This document shows, piece by piece, positions 61,407-64,000 of a DNA stretch of 64,000 nt (the stretch's first letter is position 1; the number at the start of each line of letters is the position of its first letter). Location: the NCBI GenBank assembly GCA_051532055.1, contig JAOPTX010000003.1, positions 197,973 to 261,972 of the forward strand, written 5' to 3'. Below the pieces are notes generated by a model. The model worked only from the letters and a program-made list of their open reading frames with translations, searched no databases and was not told the DNA's origin. This stretch comes from Fibrobacterales bacterium. Lineage in GTDB: Bacteria; Fibrobacterota; Fibrobacteria; Fibrobacterales; JAOPTW01. The position numbers and the translations under genes were made by a program.

Positions 61407-63542
61407 CTAAATATCTTGTATACACCTAACAGAATTACCTTGTTCATGATTTTCCCAGCTGCTGGTAAAATTCACAATCCTGTTTTCGCCTACAAAGTTA
61501 ATTCCTATAGCTTCTTCATCATTCCATGAGGAAGTCCAGAAATACCCATTAACACCTATGTTGTATTGGTAGCCATTAGTTCGGAATCCTGAGGCGAGCA
61601 CAGAAAAGCCATACTCATCGGTTCCATAACCGTTAGTATCCCATGAGTATGTACCCTTTAATGCGCCACCTATTTCTGACCATGTATTCATATACCGTCC
61701 ATCTAATCCAGAATCAGTCATGATGTAGTTAATCAGTATCATCCATTCTCCTTGACTAGGGATATGCCAGCCCGTAGGGCAAATTCCTTGCACACCACTT
61801 GGTGTTTGGGATGATGAATCTGAACCCTGCATTACAGCATACCAATTATACAGAACACCATGGGTTATGTAGTTTGTAGATGCTTTTGCATCCAAAAGAT
61901 TTTCTGCCATAGTAGAACCTGTAGGGGAGTAGCCAGGTATATAGTAAAAGTACCCTAAATCATTGCCAGTATCTTCTGAACCTGTAATGTGCTTATAGAC
62001 TTTGGGTAAATACCTAAGGTTTTCTGCCATCCAAGTCTGAGTGCCTATTTCTATAGTTTTGTATGTTGTCGCATCTCGGGCATCTGTAATACTACCACAG
62101 GAATTACCTGCTCTGTTGCAATAAGGAGTAAGAGGTGCGGCTTTATCAGGGATAGGGAACTGGGTAACGTAATCTACAGCTCCGCGTATTGTGTTGTTTA
62201 ATACGCACCGTATAGAATATGAGTTGTTATAATTATTTTTAGTAATTCTCAGTGCATCATGGTTAAATCCAAGTTGGGCTACCCAATATTCATCAGATCG
62301 CGCTTTTGTGGTACTCAACCAGTAACCATAGCGTTGATTACCATATTGACTATTGTAGTCTCTTTTATATCCAGAACCTTCTCCATTAAATCCATAATTA
62401 TTGGTTCCGCCACCGTTATCATCCCAACCAGTAGTTGTTTTAAGATGTAAGCCAGAGTGCATCCATTCTTTATTATGTATCTCGGTTAAACCATTAGAAA
62501 GAGCTGTATAGTCTCCCAATTCTATCCATTCATCTTTACTCGGAAGATGCCAGTTGTCTGGGCATAAGCCTTGTACTCCACTTGGATTGGCAGAGCTGGT
62601 ATCTTCAGAATTAAGGGCGGCATCTGGTATATACAGTCGGCCGTACTTAGTGCAAAAGCTTGAGTTGTTTGAATAACAAAAGGAACTGTCTGGAATATAG
62701 TACTCCAAATTTTTTGCCATCCAAACCTGTTCGCCTATTTCTACCCATGGATACACTGTAGCGTCTCGTGGATCAATAATAGAGCCACTGTCTGTGTTTG
62801 TTACTTTTATTGTGATGTTTTGCACAATACTATCAGTCTGGTCATTGACTTGAATTGATAGTATATACGAATCGGTAACTTCGTAATTAAGGATGCTATT
62901 GATGGTTACGTTACCAGATATGGTATCGAGAGAAAACATGTTTTCAGTGTTACCTGTTGCAATAGAGTATACAAGCGTATCACTATCGCTATCTGTTGCT
63001 GATATTGTAGCAATAGGATCTGGGTAGACGGTGTTCTCTTTAAGGGTAATGGTGATAGGGCTGAGAATTGGAAGCGAGTTTGTGAAAGTACTACTACTAC
63101 TACTACTACTACTACTGGTATTGCTACTGCTGCTGCTAAGTATGTTTGTCGAAGAGTTTTGGGCCGAGCTTTGTTTCACTGCACTACTGCTTGAGGGTAG
63201 TGAGCCTGAGCTTGAAACAGTAATAGTCTCTATCGTTTTGGAGCTTAAATGGTGGGGTAGCCCATTTGATGAAGATGGCATTTGTGCATTGGAGATGTTT
63301 TTATCATATGAAGAGGTTACTGAGATTGCGTTTGTGTCATTAATTGAAGAGCTATTTGGTTTGATATCTTGACTCGATGATACAACAAGCAGGGTGCTTG
63401 AATAAATCGAGTCTTGAGTTGTACTCGATTGAGAAATAGAGGTGTCAGGTCCCAAAGTATTTGATTTGTTGTTTTTACAACTCAAGAAAATGATATTCAA
63501 TAGGATTAGTAGTAAGATAGCCTTTTTCACAATTGCCCTCAT
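61407..63542 (-). CDS. Ser-rich lipoprotein with cadherin domain and two FISUMP domains
   Basis: FLSC lipobox; LKEN, ATDSDSD, LNYE cadherin motifs; two DxRD..Y..WMAxNL...CP..WH.P...SxRC domains. Confidence 0.87.
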   Translation of the reverse strand: MRAIVKKAILLLILLNIIFLSCKNNKSNTLGPDTSISQSSTTQDSIYSSTLLVVSSSQDIKPNSSSINDTNAISVTSSYDKNISNAQMPSSSNGLPHHLSSKTIETITVSSSGSLPSSSSAVKQSSAQNSSTNILSSSSSNTSSSSSSSSSTFTNSLPILSPITITLKENTVYPDPIATISATDSDSDTLVYSIATGNTENMFSLDTISGNVTINSILNYEVTDSYILSIQVNDQTDSIVQNITIKVTNTDSGSIIDPRDATVYPWVEIGEQVWMAKNLEYYIPDSSFCYSNNSSFCTKYGRLYIPDAALNSEDTSSANPSGVQGLCPDNWHLPSKDEWIELGDYTALSNGLTEIHNKEWMHSGLHLKTTTGWDDNGGGTNNYGFNGEGSGYKRDYNSQYGNQRYGYWLSTTKARSDEYWVAQLGFNHDALRITKNNYNNSYSIRCVLNNTIRGAVDYVTQFPIPDKAAPLTPYCNRAGNSCGSITDARDATTYKTIEIGTQTWMAENLRYLPKVYKHITGSEDTGNDLGYFYYIPGYSPTGSTMAENLLDAKASTNYITHGVLYNWYAVMQGSDSSSQTPSGVQGICPTGWHIPSQGEWMILINYIMTDSGLDGRYMNTWSEIGGALKGTYSWDTNGYGTDEYGFSVLASGFRTNGYQYNIGVNGYFWTSSWNDEEAIGINFVGENRIVNFTSSWENHEQGNSVRCIQDI
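63090..63116. repeat. (ACT)9 microsatellite encoding poly-Ser on the minus strand
   Basis: Perfect trinucleotide run inside the Ser-rich linker. Confidence 0.9.
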
Positions 63543-63671
63543 TGTAGACGTATTGGTTAAAATATAGAAACAAAAGTTGATTTGTGTTTCTCAATAGGGA
63601 GTGAGTCAGTAGCCACATATTCATTCATGGTGGTAATAGTCCTCGATAGTCTGATTGTTTAACAAGCTGGA

Positions 63672-63839
63672 TTATTGGACGATCTGCTCATTTTTCACAA
63701 ACGGAGAGTTCTTTTCTGTATGTACACTGTTAACGAGTTCTCCTTCTTCTTCTGGGTGTTTTTTGAGATCGGTGATCCGTACGCCCATAGCGTGTATTTC
63801 ATTTTCAAAATAGTCTTCTAAGGTAGGGAATATCTTCAT
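63672..63839 (-). CDS. Possible small hypothetical protein (55 aa) or gene remnant
   Basis: MKIFPTLEDYFENEIHAMGVRITDLKKHPEEEGELVNSVHTEKNSPFVKNEQIVQ*; the frame is open further upstream to an ATG-TAA. Confidence 0.3.
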   Translation of the reverse strand: MKIFPTLEDYFENEIHAMGVRITDLKKHPEEEGELVNSVHTEKNSPFVKNEQIVQ

Positions 63840-64000
63840 CAACAGGTTTGTAATTGCATCGGGTAGGGATTCTCTATTACTGTTTTACATCTTATATATG
63901 GTTCCGTATAATACGCGTAATTCTATATTATACTTTCTTTATTGTATACTTCTCGGTTTATCTGGGGGAAGTTGGCATTGCGTACGTTCGCCAAACTTCA

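Noticed and set aside
63090..63116. (ACT)9 as a phase-variation switch
   Set aside because: Trinucleotide slippage keeps the frame and only changes poly-Ser length.
12..63372. Numerous 60-150 aa ORFs overlapping long genes (e.g. 6982-7338, 55405-55830, 63031-63372)
   Set aside because: Antisense or alternate-frame shadows of well-supported CDSs. The Leu/Glu-rich ones mirror the Ser-rich linkers.
61407..63542. Diversity-generating retroelement acting on FISUMP domains (AAY-rich end of the first domain)
   Set aside because: No reverse transcriptase in the window and no near-identical TR/VR pair. The FISUMP 3' ends differ at all base types and in length.

Overview
AT-rich bacterial chromosomal window, most likely from a Fibrobacterota genome. 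The inference rests on five FISUMP (Fib_succ_major) domains, a TIGR02147-family gene, Ser-rich linkers and T9SS-like C-terminal domains. The window is almost entirely secretome/cell-surface genes: CAZymes (GH5 with four F-type lectin domains and TSP3 repeats, GH30, GH29, a divergent GH29/GH107-like enzyme, GH141), catalysis-free secreted lectins (CBM13, CBM32, CBM56), GLUG proteins and many Ser-rich lipoproteins. It also holds a hybrid histidine kinase with a REC-HD-GYP-REC partner and a signal-peptide-less OmpA/PG-binding + metzincin gene pair. I saw no rRNA, tRNA, CRISPR array, transposase, integrase or reverse transcriptase. Best leads: (1) a three-gene fucose-glycan cluster whose middle enzyme has motifs between GH29 and GH107; (2) a shared 11-bp-periodic AGTACGCTT operator at near-identical spacing upstream of two unlinked lectin genes; (3) the GH5/F-lectin/TSP3 mosaic; (4) the OmpA-PG/metzincin effector-like pair. 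All family calls are by-eye motif recognition, not database searches.
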